Assembly: GCA_900769525.1 (NCBI GenBank)
Contig: CAAGGY010000157.1
Span: forward strand, 1-37,504
From: an uncultured Alistipes sp.
GTDB taxonomy: Bacteria > Bacteroidota > Bacteroidia > Bacteroidales > Rikenellaceae
DNA: 37,504 bases
Direction of reading: 5' to 3'
This document shows, one piece after another, positions 10,984 through 20,486 of the stretch (position 1 is the stretch's first letter; each line of letters opens with the position of its first letter). Below the pieces are notes generated by a model. It made no database searches and was not told where the DNA came from. It worked only from the letters and a program-made list of their open reading frames with translations. Position numbers and translations under genes: made by a program.

Positions 10984-12687
10984 ATGCAGAAAAGAATTAT
11001 CGAGTGCGTGCCTAACTTCTCTGAGGGCCGCAACATGGAGACTATCAAGCAGATTACTGGCGTAATCGAGGCTTCAAAGGGCGTTAAGCTCTTGGATGTT
11101 GACCCAGGTGAGGCTACCAACCGCACCGTTGTAACCTTCGTAGGCGAGCCTGAGGCTGTGTGCGACGCTGCTGTCAAGGCTATCAAGCGTGCTACCGAGC
11201 TTATCGATATGCGTCAGCACAAGGGTGCTCACCCACGTATGGGTGCTTGCGACGTATGTCCACTGATTCCTGTATCGGGCATCACATTGGAGGAGTGTGC
11301 TGAGCTTGCACGTGCTTTGGCTAAGCGCATCGCTGAGGAGCTTAACGTTCCAACATACTGCTACGAGGCTGCTGCCTTGAAGCCTGAGCGTCGCAACTTG
11401 GCAGTATGCCGTGCTGGTGAGTATGAGGCACTGCCTGAGAAGATGACTAACGAGGAGAAGAAGCCTGACTTCGGTGCTCGTCCATTCGACGAGGGCGTGG
11501 CTAAGAGTGGCGCTACGGCTGTTGGTGCTCGTGACTTCCTCGTGGCTGTAAACTACAACCTCAACACCACATCTACACGTCGTGCTAACGCCATTGCCTT
11601 CGACGTTCGTGAGAAGGGCCGTCCTATGCGTGAGGGCAACCCTATCGTGGGTAAGATTATGAAAGACGAGAATGGCAACACCATCATGAAGCCAGGTACT
11701 CTGAAGGCTTGTAAGGCTATCGGCTGGTTCATCGAGGAGTATGGCATTGCTCAGGTCTCTATGAATATGACAAACCTCTCAGTGACTCCTTTGCACGTAG
11801 CCTTCGACGAGGTATGCCGTGCTGCTGAGGCTCGTGGTGTTCGTGTTACAGGTGCCGAGATTGTAGGTCTTGTTCCTAAGAGCTGCTTGGTAGATGCTGG
11901 TCGCCACTTCCTTCGCAAGCAGAACCGCTCGACAGGTTTGCCTGAGCGTGAGTTGGTGCGCATCGCTATCGAGAGTATGGGCCTCTCTAACCTCAAGCCA
12001 TTCAACCCTGAGGAGAAGGTCGTAGAGTATATCCTCGAGGCTGAGGAGAGCAAGGGCATTAAGAAGCTCGTTGACATGACCTGCACAGGCTTTGCTGAGG
12101 AGACTGCAAGCGAGTCACCAGCACCTGGTGGTGGTTCAATCTCTGCATATATGGGTGCTTTGGCCGCAGCTCTGGGTACTATGGTTGCCAACCTCTCATC
12201 ACACAAGGCTGGCTGGGACGAGCGTTGGGAGTTCTTCTCTAACTGGGCAGACAACGGTATGGCCGTTATGAACGAGTTGTTGTACCTCGTTGACGAGGAT
12301 ACCGCTGCGTTCAACAAGATTATGGACGTTTTCGGCATGCCTAAGGGTACTGACGAGGAGAAGGCTGCACGTGCCGAGGCTATGGAGGTTGCTACACTCT
12401 ACGCTACACAGGTACCTTTGCGCACAATGAAGGCTGCTTACCGTGCATTCGACGTTGTTCGTGCCATGGCCGAGGAGGGTAACCCTAACTCAGTATCTGA
12501 TGCTGGTGTAGGCGCTTTGGCTGCTCGCTCAGCAGTTATGGGTGCTTGCCTCAACGTTAAGATTAACGCCGCTGGCCTTAAGGATAGAGCCGTAGCAGAT
12601 GCACTCGTTAAGGAGGCTGAGGAGATTCAGGCTGCTGCACAGAGGGCTGAGGCCGAGATCTTGGCAGTTGTCGAGAGCAAAATCTAA
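10984..12687 (+). CDS. ftcD: Bifunctional glutamate formimidoyltransferase / formiminotetrahydrofolate cyclodeaminase
   Basis: ECVPNFSEGR, HPRMGACDVCP, C-terminal SPAPGGGS and GNPNSVSDAGV. Confidence 0.95.
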   Translation: MQKRIIECVPNFSEGRNMETIKQITGVIEASKGVKLLDVDPGEATNRTVVTFVGEPEAVCDAAVKAIKRATELIDMRQHKGAHPRMGACDVCPLIPVSGITLEECAELARALAKRIAEELNVPTYCYEAAALKPERRNLAVCRAGEYEALPEKMTNEEKKPDFGARPFDEGVAKSGATAVGARDFLVAVNYNLNTTSTRRANAIAFDVREKGRPMREGNPIVGKIMKDENGNTIMKPGTLKACKAIGWFIEEYGIAQVSMNMTNLSVTPLHVAFDEVCRAAEARGVRVTGAEIVGLVPKSCLVDAGRHFLRKQNRSTGLPERELVRIAIESMGLSNLKPFNPEEKVVEYILEAEESKGIKKLVDMTCTGFAEETASESPAPGGGSISAYMGALAAALGTMVANLSSHKAGWDERWEFFSNWADNGMAVMNELLYLVDEDTAAFNKIMDVFGMPKGTDEEKAARAEAMEVATLYATQVPLRTMKAAYRAFDVVRAMAEEGNPNSVSDAGVGALAARSAVMGACLNVKINAAGLKDRAVADALVKEAEEIQAAAQRAEAEILAVVESKI

Positions 12688-12717
12688 TCTATTCACCATT
12701 AATCGCTAATTGAAGTT

Positions 12718-14733
12718 ATGACAGAGTTCCAGAGAGATATATTGGCAGGTATTCCCGATCCACTACCAGCGCCAAAGGCCTACGATCCTAATGCCAACCA
12801 CGCACCTAAGCGTAAGGATATCCTTACCGACGAGGAGAAGAAGCTCGCCTTGGCAAATGCCTTGCGCTACTTCCCCGAGAAGCACCACGCAGAGCTCGCT
12901 CCAGAGTTCCTCGATGAGCTAAAGCGCTACGGTCGCATCTATATGTACCGCTTGCGTCCTGACTATGAGATGTATGCTCGCTCAATTGATGAGTATCCAG
13001 CACGCTCACGCCAGGCAGCGGCTATCATGCTCATGATTCAGAACAACCTCGATAAGGCCGTAGCTCAGCACCCACACGAGCTTATCACCTATGGTGGTAA
13101 CGGTGCAGTGTTCCAGAACTGGGCACAGTATCGCCTCGCTATGAAGTACCTCGCTGAGATGACCGACGAGCAGACTCTCGTTATGTACTCAGGCCACCCA
13201 CTCGGCTTGTTCCCATCGCACAAGGATGCACCACGTGTGATTGTCACCAACGGTATGGTTATCCCTAACCACTCGTCACAGGACGACTGGGAGCGCTTCA
13301 ACGCTATGGGCGTATCGCAGTATGGCCAGATGACTGCTGGTTCGTATATGTACATCGGTCCTCAGGGTATCGTTCACGGTACTACTATCACCGTTATGAA
13401 CGCTGCACGCAAGCGCATGAAGCCTGGCCAGACCGATTTGCGTGGTATGTTGTTCGTAACAGCAGGTCTTGGCGGTATGTCGGGCGCACAGCCTAAGGCT
13501 GGTAACATCTCAGGCGTTGTGAGCATCACCGCCGAGGTAAACATCGCAGCTGCCGAGAAGCGTCACGCCCAGGGCTGGGTTGATGAGTTGTACTCATCGC
13601 TCGACGAGCTTATCCCACGTGTTAAGCAGGCTGTTGCAAACAAGGAGGTTATCTCGTTTGCATACGTGGGCAACGTCGTAGATCTCTGGGAGCGTTTGGC
13701 AGAGGAGGATATCAACGTAGACCTCGGCTCTGACCAGACATCGTTGCACAACCCTTGGGCTGGTGGCTACTACCCTGTTGGCTACTCTTACGAGGAGTCT
13801 AACCGCATGATGGCCGAGGAGCCTGAGCGCTTCCACGAGTGCGTTCGTGAGTCGTTGCGTCGCCACGTGGCAGCTGTCAACAAGCTCACAGCTCGTGGTA
13901 TGTACTTCTTCGACTACGGCAACGCCTTCTTGTTGGAGTCATCACGTGCAGGTGCCGATATCATGGGCGAGAATGGCAAGTTCCGCTACCCATCATACGT
14001 TCAGGACATCATGGGTCCTATGTTCTTCGACTACGGCTTCGGCCCATTCCGCTGGGTATGTACCTCGGGCAAGGAGGAGGACCTCGTAACCTCTGACCGC
14101 ATTGCAGCTGAGGTTCTCGACACAATGCTCAAGGAGGCACCAGCAGAGATTCAGGGTCAGTTGGCCGACAACCTCCACTGGATTCGTGAGGCTATGGAGA
14201 ACAAGCTCGTCGTAGGCTCACAGGCACGTATCCTCTACGCCGACTCTGAGGGACGTACACGCATTGCGCTGGCATTCAACGAGGCTATCAAGCGTGGCGA
14301 GATATCAGCTCCTATCGTTCTTGGCCGTGACCACCACGATGTCTCTGGTACTGATTCACCTTATCGTGAGACATCAAATATTTATGACGGCTCGCAGTTC
14401 TGTGCCGACATGGCTGTTCACAACGTTATCGGCGACTCATTCCGTGGCGCTACATGGGTATCTATCCACAACGGTGGCGGCGTAGGCTGGGGCGAGGTTA
14501 TGAACGGTGGCTTCGGCATGGTTATCGACGGCTCTGCGGACTCAGCACGCCACATCGAGGAGATGTTGCTCTGGGACGTAAACAACGGTATCGCACGTCG
14601 TAGCTGGGCACGCAACGAGGGCGCTATGTTCGCCATCAAGCGTGAGATGGAGCGCACACCACTGCTCAAGGTTACTATCCCTAACCTTGCAGATATGGAG
14701 CTAATCAACAAAGTGTATAACGAAAACAAGTAA
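12718..14733 (+). CDS. hutU: Urocanate hydratase (long form)
   Basis: YGQMTAGSYMYIGPQGIVHGT, GLGGMSGAQP, SDQTS, GRDHHD. Confidence 0.97.
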   Translation: MTEFQRDILAGIPDPLPAPKAYDPNANHAPKRKDILTDEEKKLALANALRYFPEKHHAELAPEFLDELKRYGRIYMYRLRPDYEMYARSIDEYPARSRQAAAIMLMIQNNLDKAVAQHPHELITYGGNGAVFQNWAQYRLAMKYLAEMTDEQTLVMYSGHPLGLFPSHKDAPRVIVTNGMVIPNHSSQDDWERFNAMGVSQYGQMTAGSYMYIGPQGIVHGTTITVMNAARKRMKPGQTDLRGMLFVTAGLGGMSGAQPKAGNISGVVSITAEVNIAAAEKRHAQGWVDELYSSLDELIPRVKQAVANKEVISFAYVGNVVDLWERLAEEDINVDLGSDQTSLHNPWAGGYYPVGYSYEESNRMMAEEPERFHECVRESLRRHVAAVNKLTARGMYFFDYGNAFLLESSRAGADIMGENGKFRYPSYVQDIMGPMFFDYGFGPFRWVCTSGKEEDLVTSDRIAAEVLDTMLKEAPAEIQGQLADNLHWIREAMENKLVVGSQARILYADSEGRTRIALAFNEAIKRGEISAPIVLGRDHHDVSGTDSPYRETSNIYDGSQFCADMAVHNVIGDSFRGATWVSIHNGGGVGWGEVMNGGFGMVIDGSADSARHIEEMLLWDVNNGIARRSWARNEGAMFAIKREMERTPLLKVTIPNLADMELINKVYNENK

Positions 14734-14740
14734 AGAGTAT

Positions 14741-16240
14741 ATGATTCATTATATTAGTGCTGAGCGTCTTACTATCGCTCGTGTAGAGGAGATTCTAACC
14801 AAGGGCTACAAACTTGCCTTGAGCGACGATGCCAAGCAGCGCATCAACCACTGCCGTGAGTACCTCGACCAGAAGACCAAGACCGTAGGTCGTCCTATCT
14901 ATGGCGTTACCACAGGTTTCGGCTCGTTGTGCAACATCTCTGTCGAGGAGGAGGGCTTGTCGCAGTTGCAGAAGAACTTGATGATGTCACACGCTTGCGG
15001 TACTGGCCAGCGTGTGCCTTCAGAGATTGCACGACTCATGATTCTCTTGAAGGTTCAGTCGCTCTCTTACGGCCACTCTGGCGTGCAGCTCATCACCGTT
15101 GAGCGCCTTATCGAGATGTTCAACAACAACATCATCCCTGTTGTCTATGAGCAGGGCTCGTTGGGTGCTTCTGGCGACTTGTCACCATTGGCACACATGT
15201 GCTTGCCACTCTTGGGCCTTGGCCACGTGGAGATTGATGGCGAGGTTGTCGAGGGTAGCGTTATGATGAGCAAGATGGGCTGGGAGCCTATCACACTCTG
15301 CTCAAAGGAGGGCCTTGCACTCTTGAACGGCACTCAGTTTATGTCGGCTTATGGCGTCTACTCGCTTATCAACGCACAGCGTCTTAGCCGTTGGGCTGAC
15401 CACATCGGTGCTATGTCGCTCGATGCTTTTGATGGCCGTATGGAGCCATTCGAGCACAACGTACACGCCATCCGTCCTCACAACGGACAGATTGAGACCG
15501 CTCGTGCATTCCGTGAGATCTTGGCTGGCTCGGAGATTGGCAAGCAGCCTAAGCAGCACGTTCAGGATCCATACTCGTTCCGTTGCATCCCACAGGTTCA
15601 CGGTGCATCGAAGGATACTATCGCCTACGTAGCAAGCGTCCTCGAGACTGAGATTAACTCAGCTACCGACAACCCAACAATCTTCCCAGACAGTGACGAG
15701 GTGATCTCGGCAGGTAACTTCCACGGCCAGCCTATCGCTGTGGCTATGGACTTCTTGGCTATCGCCGTTGCAGAGCTCGGCAACATCTCTGAGCGTCGTA
15801 CCTACAAGCTCATCTCTGGTGCTCGCAACCTGCCTAACTTCCTGGTTGCCAACCCAGGTCTTAACTCTGGCTTTATGATTCCTCAGTACACTGCGGCATC
15901 TATCGTTAGCCAGTCTAAGGGTTTGTGCTGGCCAGCATCGTGCGACTCTATCCCATCGTCACAGGGCCAGGAGGACCACGTAAGTATGGGTTCTAACGCA
16001 GCAACTAAGCTCTGGAAGGTTTGCCAGAACACCGAGCGTGTGTTGGCTATCGAGTTGATGAACTCTGCACAGGCTCTCGAGTTCCGCCACAAGATTTCGG
16101 GCGTTAGCTCTTCAGCCGCTGTAGAGGCTATGTTCGAGGCCTACCGCAAGGTTGTGCCATTCGTTGCTGACGACACGGTGATGTATCCACACATCGCAAC
16201 ATCTGTTAACTTCCTCAACGACTATGAACTTACTCGTTAA
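14741..16240 (+). CDS. hutH: Histidine ammonia-lyase
   Basis: YGVTTGFG, MIO-forming GASGD, QDPYSFRCIPQVHG, GNFHGQP, EDHVSMG. Confidence 0.97.
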   Translation: MIHYISAERLTIARVEEILTKGYKLALSDDAKQRINHCREYLDQKTKTVGRPIYGVTTGFGSLCNISVEEEGLSQLQKNLMMSHACGTGQRVPSEIARLMILLKVQSLSYGHSGVQLITVERLIEMFNNNIIPVVYEQGSLGASGDLSPLAHMCLPLLGLGHVEIDGEVVEGSVMMSKMGWEPITLCSKEGLALLNGTQFMSAYGVYSLINAQRLSRWADHIGAMSLDAFDGRMEPFEHNVHAIRPHNGQIETARAFREILAGSEIGKQPKQHVQDPYSFRCIPQVHGASKDTIAYVASVLETEINSATDNPTIFPDSDEVISAGNFHGQPIAVAMDFLAIAVAELGNISERRTYKLISGARNLPNFLVANPGLNSGFMIPQYTAASIVSQSKGLCWPASCDSIPSSQGQEDHVSMGSNAATKLWKVCQNTERVLAIELMNSAQALEFRHKISGVSSSAAVEAMFEAYRKVVPFVADDTVMYPHIATSVNFLNDYELTR

Positions 16241-17462
16241 GAATATAGGTATGCTCGTCGGCATCGACGAGTCTGGTCGCTTGAAGGTCGAGGGCAAGGC
16301 TATGGCCGAGGTCGAGACTTTGGCAAACGCCTGGCTTCTGACCGATGGCGAGCGCATCAAGGATTACGGCACTATGGACACGCTACCTTCTGCGGAGGGT
16401 TGCGATGTCCTCGATGCCGAGGGTGGCTGGTTGTTCCCATCGTTCTGCGACTCGCACACACACATCGTCTTTGCTGGCAGCCGTGAGCAGGAGTTCTTAG
16501 ATAAGATCAACGGCCTCTCGTACGAGGAGATAGCTAAGCGTGGTGGCGGTATCCTAAACTCTGCCGACCGCCTTCACGACACCTCCGAGGATGAGCTCTA
16601 CCGCCAGGCTATGGAGCGTGTCGAGGAGATTATCTCGATGGGTACAGGCCTTGTGGAAATTAAGTCGGGCTACGGCCTCACGTTGGAGGACGAGCTCAAA
16701 ATATTGCGTGTCATCAAGCGTATTCGTGAGACTTCGCCTATCGCTGTGCGTGCCACATTCTTGGGTGCTCACGCCGTAGGCCGTGCATACAAGGGTCGTC
16801 AGGCTGACTACGTGGAGCACGTATGCCGTGATATGATTCCAGCAGTTGCTAAGGAGCATCTCGCCGACTTTGTCGACGTATTCTGCGACAAGGGCTTCTT
16901 CACCGTCGAGGAGACGGCAAAAATTATGGCCGAGGGTGCTGAGCATGGCCTACGTGCGAAGATTCACGCCAACGAGCTCGCCGTATCGGGCGGTGTGGAG
17001 ATTGGCGTCGAGCATAAGGCCTTGTCTGTCGACCACCTCGAGTCTATGGGCGACGAGCAGGTGGAGGCATTGCGTGGCTCGGAGACTATGCCAACAATGT
17101 TACCAGGCTGCGCCTTCTTCCTCGGTATCACCTACCCCCCTGCACGCAAGATGATTGATGCAGGCTTGGCCGTAGCTCTCGCTTCGGACTTCAACCCAGG
17201 TACTGCGCCATCGGGCAATATGCGCTTTGTGGTGTCGTTGGCATCTATCAAGATGAAGATGACCCCTGCCGAGGCTCTCAACGCCGCTACGCTCAACAGC
17301 GCTTGCGCTATGGGCGAGAGCCGTGACTATGGCTCAATCACTCGTGGCAAGGTGGCTAACTTCTACATCACCAAGCCACTGCCATCGTTGGCGTGGTTGC
17401 CCTATGCACACCAGACACCAGTAATTGGCAAGGTTGTGCTTAAAGGCCAGGTGGTAAGATAA
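16224..17462 (+). CDS. hutI: Imidazolonepropionase
   Basis: DSHTH, EIKSGYGL, KIHANE, DHLE, ASDFNPG; overlaps the end of hutH. Confidence 0.96.
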   Translation: MNLLVKNIGMLVGIDESGRLKVEGKAMAEVETLANAWLLTDGERIKDYGTMDTLPSAEGCDVLDAEGGWLFPSFCDSHTHIVFAGSREQEFLDKINGLSYEEIAKRGGGILNSADRLHDTSEDELYRQAMERVEEIISMGTGLVEIKSGYGLTLEDELKILRVIKRIRETSPIAVRATFLGAHAVGRAYKGRQADYVEHVCRDMIPAVAKEHLADFVDVFCDKGFFTVEETAKIMAEGAEHGLRAKIHANELAVSGGVEIGVEHKALSVDHLESMGDEQVEALRGSETMPTMLPGCAFFLGITYPPARKMIDAGLAVALASDFNPGTAPSGNMRFVVSLASIKMKMTPAEALNAATLNSACAMGESRDYGSITRGKVANFYITKPLPSLAWLPYAHQTPVIGKVVLKGQVVR

Positions 17463-17487
17463 TTAGTAACGATAAATCGGTAATATT

Positions 17488-18120
17488 ATGAGATTTGCAA
17501 AGTTTATAGCAACGATAGTTGGCGCTGCTGCAATGGTTGGTTGCTGCTGCAATGAGGCTCAAAACGAGGCGTGCTCTAAGGAGCAGGCTGTCGTAGAGAC
17601 TATTATGACACGTCGCTCGGTGCGTAACTACACCTCTGAGCCTGTCGACCGTGAGCAGATGGCCAAGATTTTGGAGTGCGGAATGTATGCACCAAGCGCT
17701 ATGAATATGCAGCCTTGGGCAGTGCGTGTTGTCGACGCTCCCGACTTTATCGAGGGTGTGACAAACATCGCCCTTGAGCAGAACCCTGAGCTCAAGGAGC
17801 AGGAGGGCTTCCGCAACCTCTTCCGCAATGCCCCAACAGTGGCATTCATCGCTTGCCCTGTGGAGAGCTATAGCGGCGAGTTTGACTGCGGTCTGTTGTC
17901 AGAGAATATGATGCTTGCGGCGTGGTCGATGGGTATCGGCTCATGCTGCTTGGGTAGCGTTGTGCCTGTGATGAACTCTGAGGCTGCAAAGCCATACATG
18001 GAGCGTCTACAGTTCCCTGAGGAGTACAAACTCATGCTCGCCATTGCCTTTGGTTATCCAGAGCCAAACAGCACTCAGGAGCCAGAGCGTGACCTTACTA
18101 AGGCATACTACATTGAATAA
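17488..18120 (+). CDS. Nitroreductase family protein with lipoprotein-like signal peptide
   Basis: RRSVRNY, APSAMNMQPW, ENMMLAAWSMGIGSC, IAFGYP. Confidence 0.9.
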   Translation: MRFAKFIATIVGAAAMVGCCCNEAQNEACSKEQAVVETIMTRRSVRNYTSEPVDREQMAKILECGMYAPSAMNMQPWAVRVVDAPDFIEGVTNIALEQNPELKEQEGFRNLFRNAPTVAFIACPVESYSGEFDCGLLSENMMLAAWSMGIGSCCLGSVVPVMNSEAAKPYMERLQFPEEYKLMLAIAFGYPEPNSTQEPERDLTKAYYIE

Positions 18121-18160
18121 TTAGTAATGAGTAATTAGTAACTAATTATTCCGAACTGTT

Positions 18161-18204
18161 AAGGGGGGGGGTTAGAGTTTTGCTCTAATCGCCCCTCTCT
18201 TTTA
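18161..18204 (+). terminator. Probable intrinsic terminator
   Basis: G-run+TTAGAG / CTCTAATCGCCCC stem followed by a pyrimidine tract. Confidence 0.65.
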
Positions 18205-18236
18205 TCTATAAATTTACCAATTCCTAATTTTATTTG

Positions 18237-18244
18237 TATCTTTG
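18237..18244 (+). promoter_or_regulatory. sigmaA -7 element TATCTTTG
   Basis: TAnnTTTG about 25 bp upstream of the ATG at 18269. Confidence 0.65.
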
Positions 18245-18268
18245 CCAAAATTTCGATAATAGACAACC

Positions 18269-19135
18269 ATGGCAAAGATTTCAGACTACCTACGTCTTGT
18301 AAAGTTCTCGCACACGATATTTGCAATGCCCTTCGCACTGCTCTCGTTCACCTACGCATGGCTTACCACCGAGCCAGAGGCCAACATCTATCTACTACTT
18401 GCGCAGGTCGTAGGCTGTATGGTCTTTGCCCGCAACGTGGCTATGGGCTTCAACCGCTGGGCAGATAGAGATATCGACGCAGCTAACCCTCGCACACGTG
18501 AGCGTGAGATACCCGCAGGCGTTATATCGCCACGTGGCGCAGTCTGGTTTATCGCCATCAACGCCGTACTCTTTATCACCCTTGCCGCACTCATCAACCC
18601 ACTCTGCGGCTGGCTCTCGCCCGTAGCTCTGGCTATCGTGATGTTTTATAGCTACTGTAAGCGCTTCACATCTCTTGCCCACCTTGTCCTCGGCCTATCG
18701 CTCGGCATCGCCCCTGTGGGTGCCTATATGGCTGTTACGGGCACCTCATCGTGGGAGTGCTGGCTGCTTGCCCTCATCGTCATGACCTGGTGCTCGGGCT
18801 TCGACATCATCTACGCACTGCAAGATGCAGAGTTTGACCGCAAGCGTGGCCTACACTCCATACCAGCACTGCTCGACACACGTGGAGCTCTGGTTGTGAG
18901 TGCTCTGCTTCACATTGCAAGCATCGCCCTGCTTGTCATCTTTGCCTCGTATCAGCCACAGTCGTGGTTGCTATATGTTGGCTGCTCAATATTTGCGGCT
19001 ATCCTTGCCTCGGAGCACTACATAGTGACACCTACCAAGCAACGAAACATTGGCATCGCCTTTGGCACGTTCAACGCCCTGGCAAGTGTGTCGTTAGCCA
19101 CATTCCTCATCCTTAACTTGGTGATATGTGGGTAG
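18269..19135 (+). CDS. ubiA: UbiA-family polyprenyltransferase (MqnP-like)
   Basis: KFSHTIFAMPF, NRWADRDIDAANPRT, YSYCKRF, FDIIYALQD. Confidence 0.88.
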   Translation: MAKISDYLRLVKFSHTIFAMPFALLSFTYAWLTTEPEANIYLLLAQVVGCMVFARNVAMGFNRWADRDIDAANPRTREREIPAGVISPRGAVWFIAINAVLFITLAALINPLCGWLSPVALAIVMFYSYCKRFTSLAHLVLGLSLGIAPVGAYMAVTGTSSWECWLLALIVMTWCSGFDIIYALQDAEFDRKRGLHSIPALLDTRGALVVSALLHIASIALLVIFASYQPQSWLLYVGCSIFAAILASEHYIVTPTKQRNIGIAFGTFNALASVSLATFLILNLVICG

Positions 19136-20028
19136 CGGCAGCCTTCCTCTCGGCACTACTTCTTGGACTCTACGACGTCTCTAAGAAGCGCTCGCTAAAG
19201 GGTAATGCCGTGGTCGTGGTGCTATGGCTCAACACCCTATTCTCGACCATAATATTTCTTCCCGTAATAGTTAACGGTGAGCTCTCGCTCGGCTGGTTTG
19301 ACCACACCCCACTTCAGAGCGGTAGTGGCACGGTGGCCGACCACCTCTTAGTATGCATCAAGGCAGCCATCACACTCTCGTCGTGGCTGTGTGGCTACTA
19401 CGCCATAAAACACCTTCCGCTCACCATCGTAGGCCCTGTCAATGCCACACGCCCCGTCGTGGTGCTTATTGGTGCTATGCTACTCTTTGGCGAGAGGCTC
19501 AACCTGTGGCAATGGGGAGGTGTGCTGCTCACTATCCTATCGCTATATCTGCTTAGCCGTGCAGGACGCAAGGAGGATATCTCGTTTCGTAATAGCCGCC
19601 ACGTGTGGGCACTCTTTGCAGCGATGTTACTCGGCGCCGTGAGTGGCCTCTACGACAAGTATATCATCTCGAGCGAGGGCCTTATGCCGAGCTTTGTGCA
19701 GAGCTGGTTCTCGGTCTATCAGCTTGTGATGATGACAATCATCGTGGCCATTATGTGGCTACCACGACGCTCCGTCGAACACTTCCACTGGAGCTGGGCG
19801 ATACCCCTTATTTCGATATTTGTGTCATGCGCCGATATGTGCTACTATAATGCCCTCAACGATGCTGACTCGATGATAGCTGTTGTCTCGATGATTCGTC
19901 GCTCGTCGGTGGTTGTGACCTTTGCTTGTGGCGCACTCCTCTTTGGCGAACGCAACCTCAAGAGTAAGGCCCTCGACCTCGCACTAATCCTTGTGGGTAT
20001 GGTGCTGCTCGCTATTGGCAGCGTATAG
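19126..20028 (+). CDS. EamA/DMT family transporter
   Basis: About 10 TM helices in two repeats, each ending LLFGER. Confidence 0.88.
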   Translation: MWVAAAFLSALLLGLYDVSKKRSLKGNAVVVVLWLNTLFSTIIFLPVIVNGELSLGWFDHTPLQSGSGTVADHLLVCIKAAITLSSWLCGYYAIKHLPLTIVGPVNATRPVVVLIGAMLLFGERLNLWQWGGVLLTILSLYLLSRAGRKEDISFRNSRHVWALFAAMLLGAVSGLYDKYIISSEGLMPSFVQSWFSVYQLVMMTIIVAIMWLPRRSVEHFHWSWAIPLISIFVSCADMCYYNALNDADSMIAVVSMIRRSSVVVTFACGALLFGERNLKSKALDLALILVGMVLLAIGSV

Positions 20029-20042
20029 GGGAAGTTTTAATA

Positions 20043-20195
20043 ATTAGGGAGGTTAAGGAGGTTAGTGAGTTTAGGGAATTTAGGGAGCTTAGAGATTATA
20101 TTGAGGCTCTCTTTTTTTTGACCTCACCAAACCCAACAAACAACCCTAACCTACACAACCTCCCTAAACTCATTAAACTCTCTAAACTCCCTAAT
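20043..20195. repeat. Inverted arrays of degenerate 9-mers (TTAGGGAGG-like, then CTCCCTAAA-like)
   Basis: Six G-rich units at 20044-20097; C-rich complementary units at 20141-20195. Confidence 0.85.
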
Positions 20196-20237
20196 CCTTA
20201 ACACTCGGCAAAAATGCCGTCGATGGGTAAGAGCAAA

Positions 20238-20486
20238 TTTGTTGTTAGAAGGGTGTAGATGTGGTCTCGATAAAGAGAAAGAGCGGATGGGACATACTTA
20301 GCGTATTTCCCATTCGCTCTTTGGATTGAGAGGCCGCAGATGCGCCCTTATCACAGCAAGTTTGTTGTTAGAAGGGTGCCGAGTGCAACACTCGGCAAAA
20401 ATGCCGTCGATGGGTAGTACTTTGATGTACGTCCCATTGACGGCATTTTTTGTTAGGGGCCGCAATCGACCCCTTATCACAACAAA
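20238..20486. repeat. Two tandem ~125-nt long-hairpin elements (20238-20360, 20361-20486), with a partial copy at 20200-20229
   Basis: Each begins TTTGTTGTTAGAAGGGTG and ends CCCTTATCACARCAAR, with an internal inverted repeat. Confidence 0.8.

Noticed and set aside
10984..14733. Eukaryote-like fused FTCD and long urocanase as evidence of horizontal transfer
   Set aside because: These forms are known in Bacteroidota, and codon style matches the neighbouring genes
20043..20097. Telomere-like TTAGGG
   Set aside because: The period is 9 nt and degenerate, within a bacterial intergenic region
20238..20486. Integron attC sites
   Set aside because: No proper RYYYAAC/GTTRRRY ends, no cassette ORFs between units, no integrase
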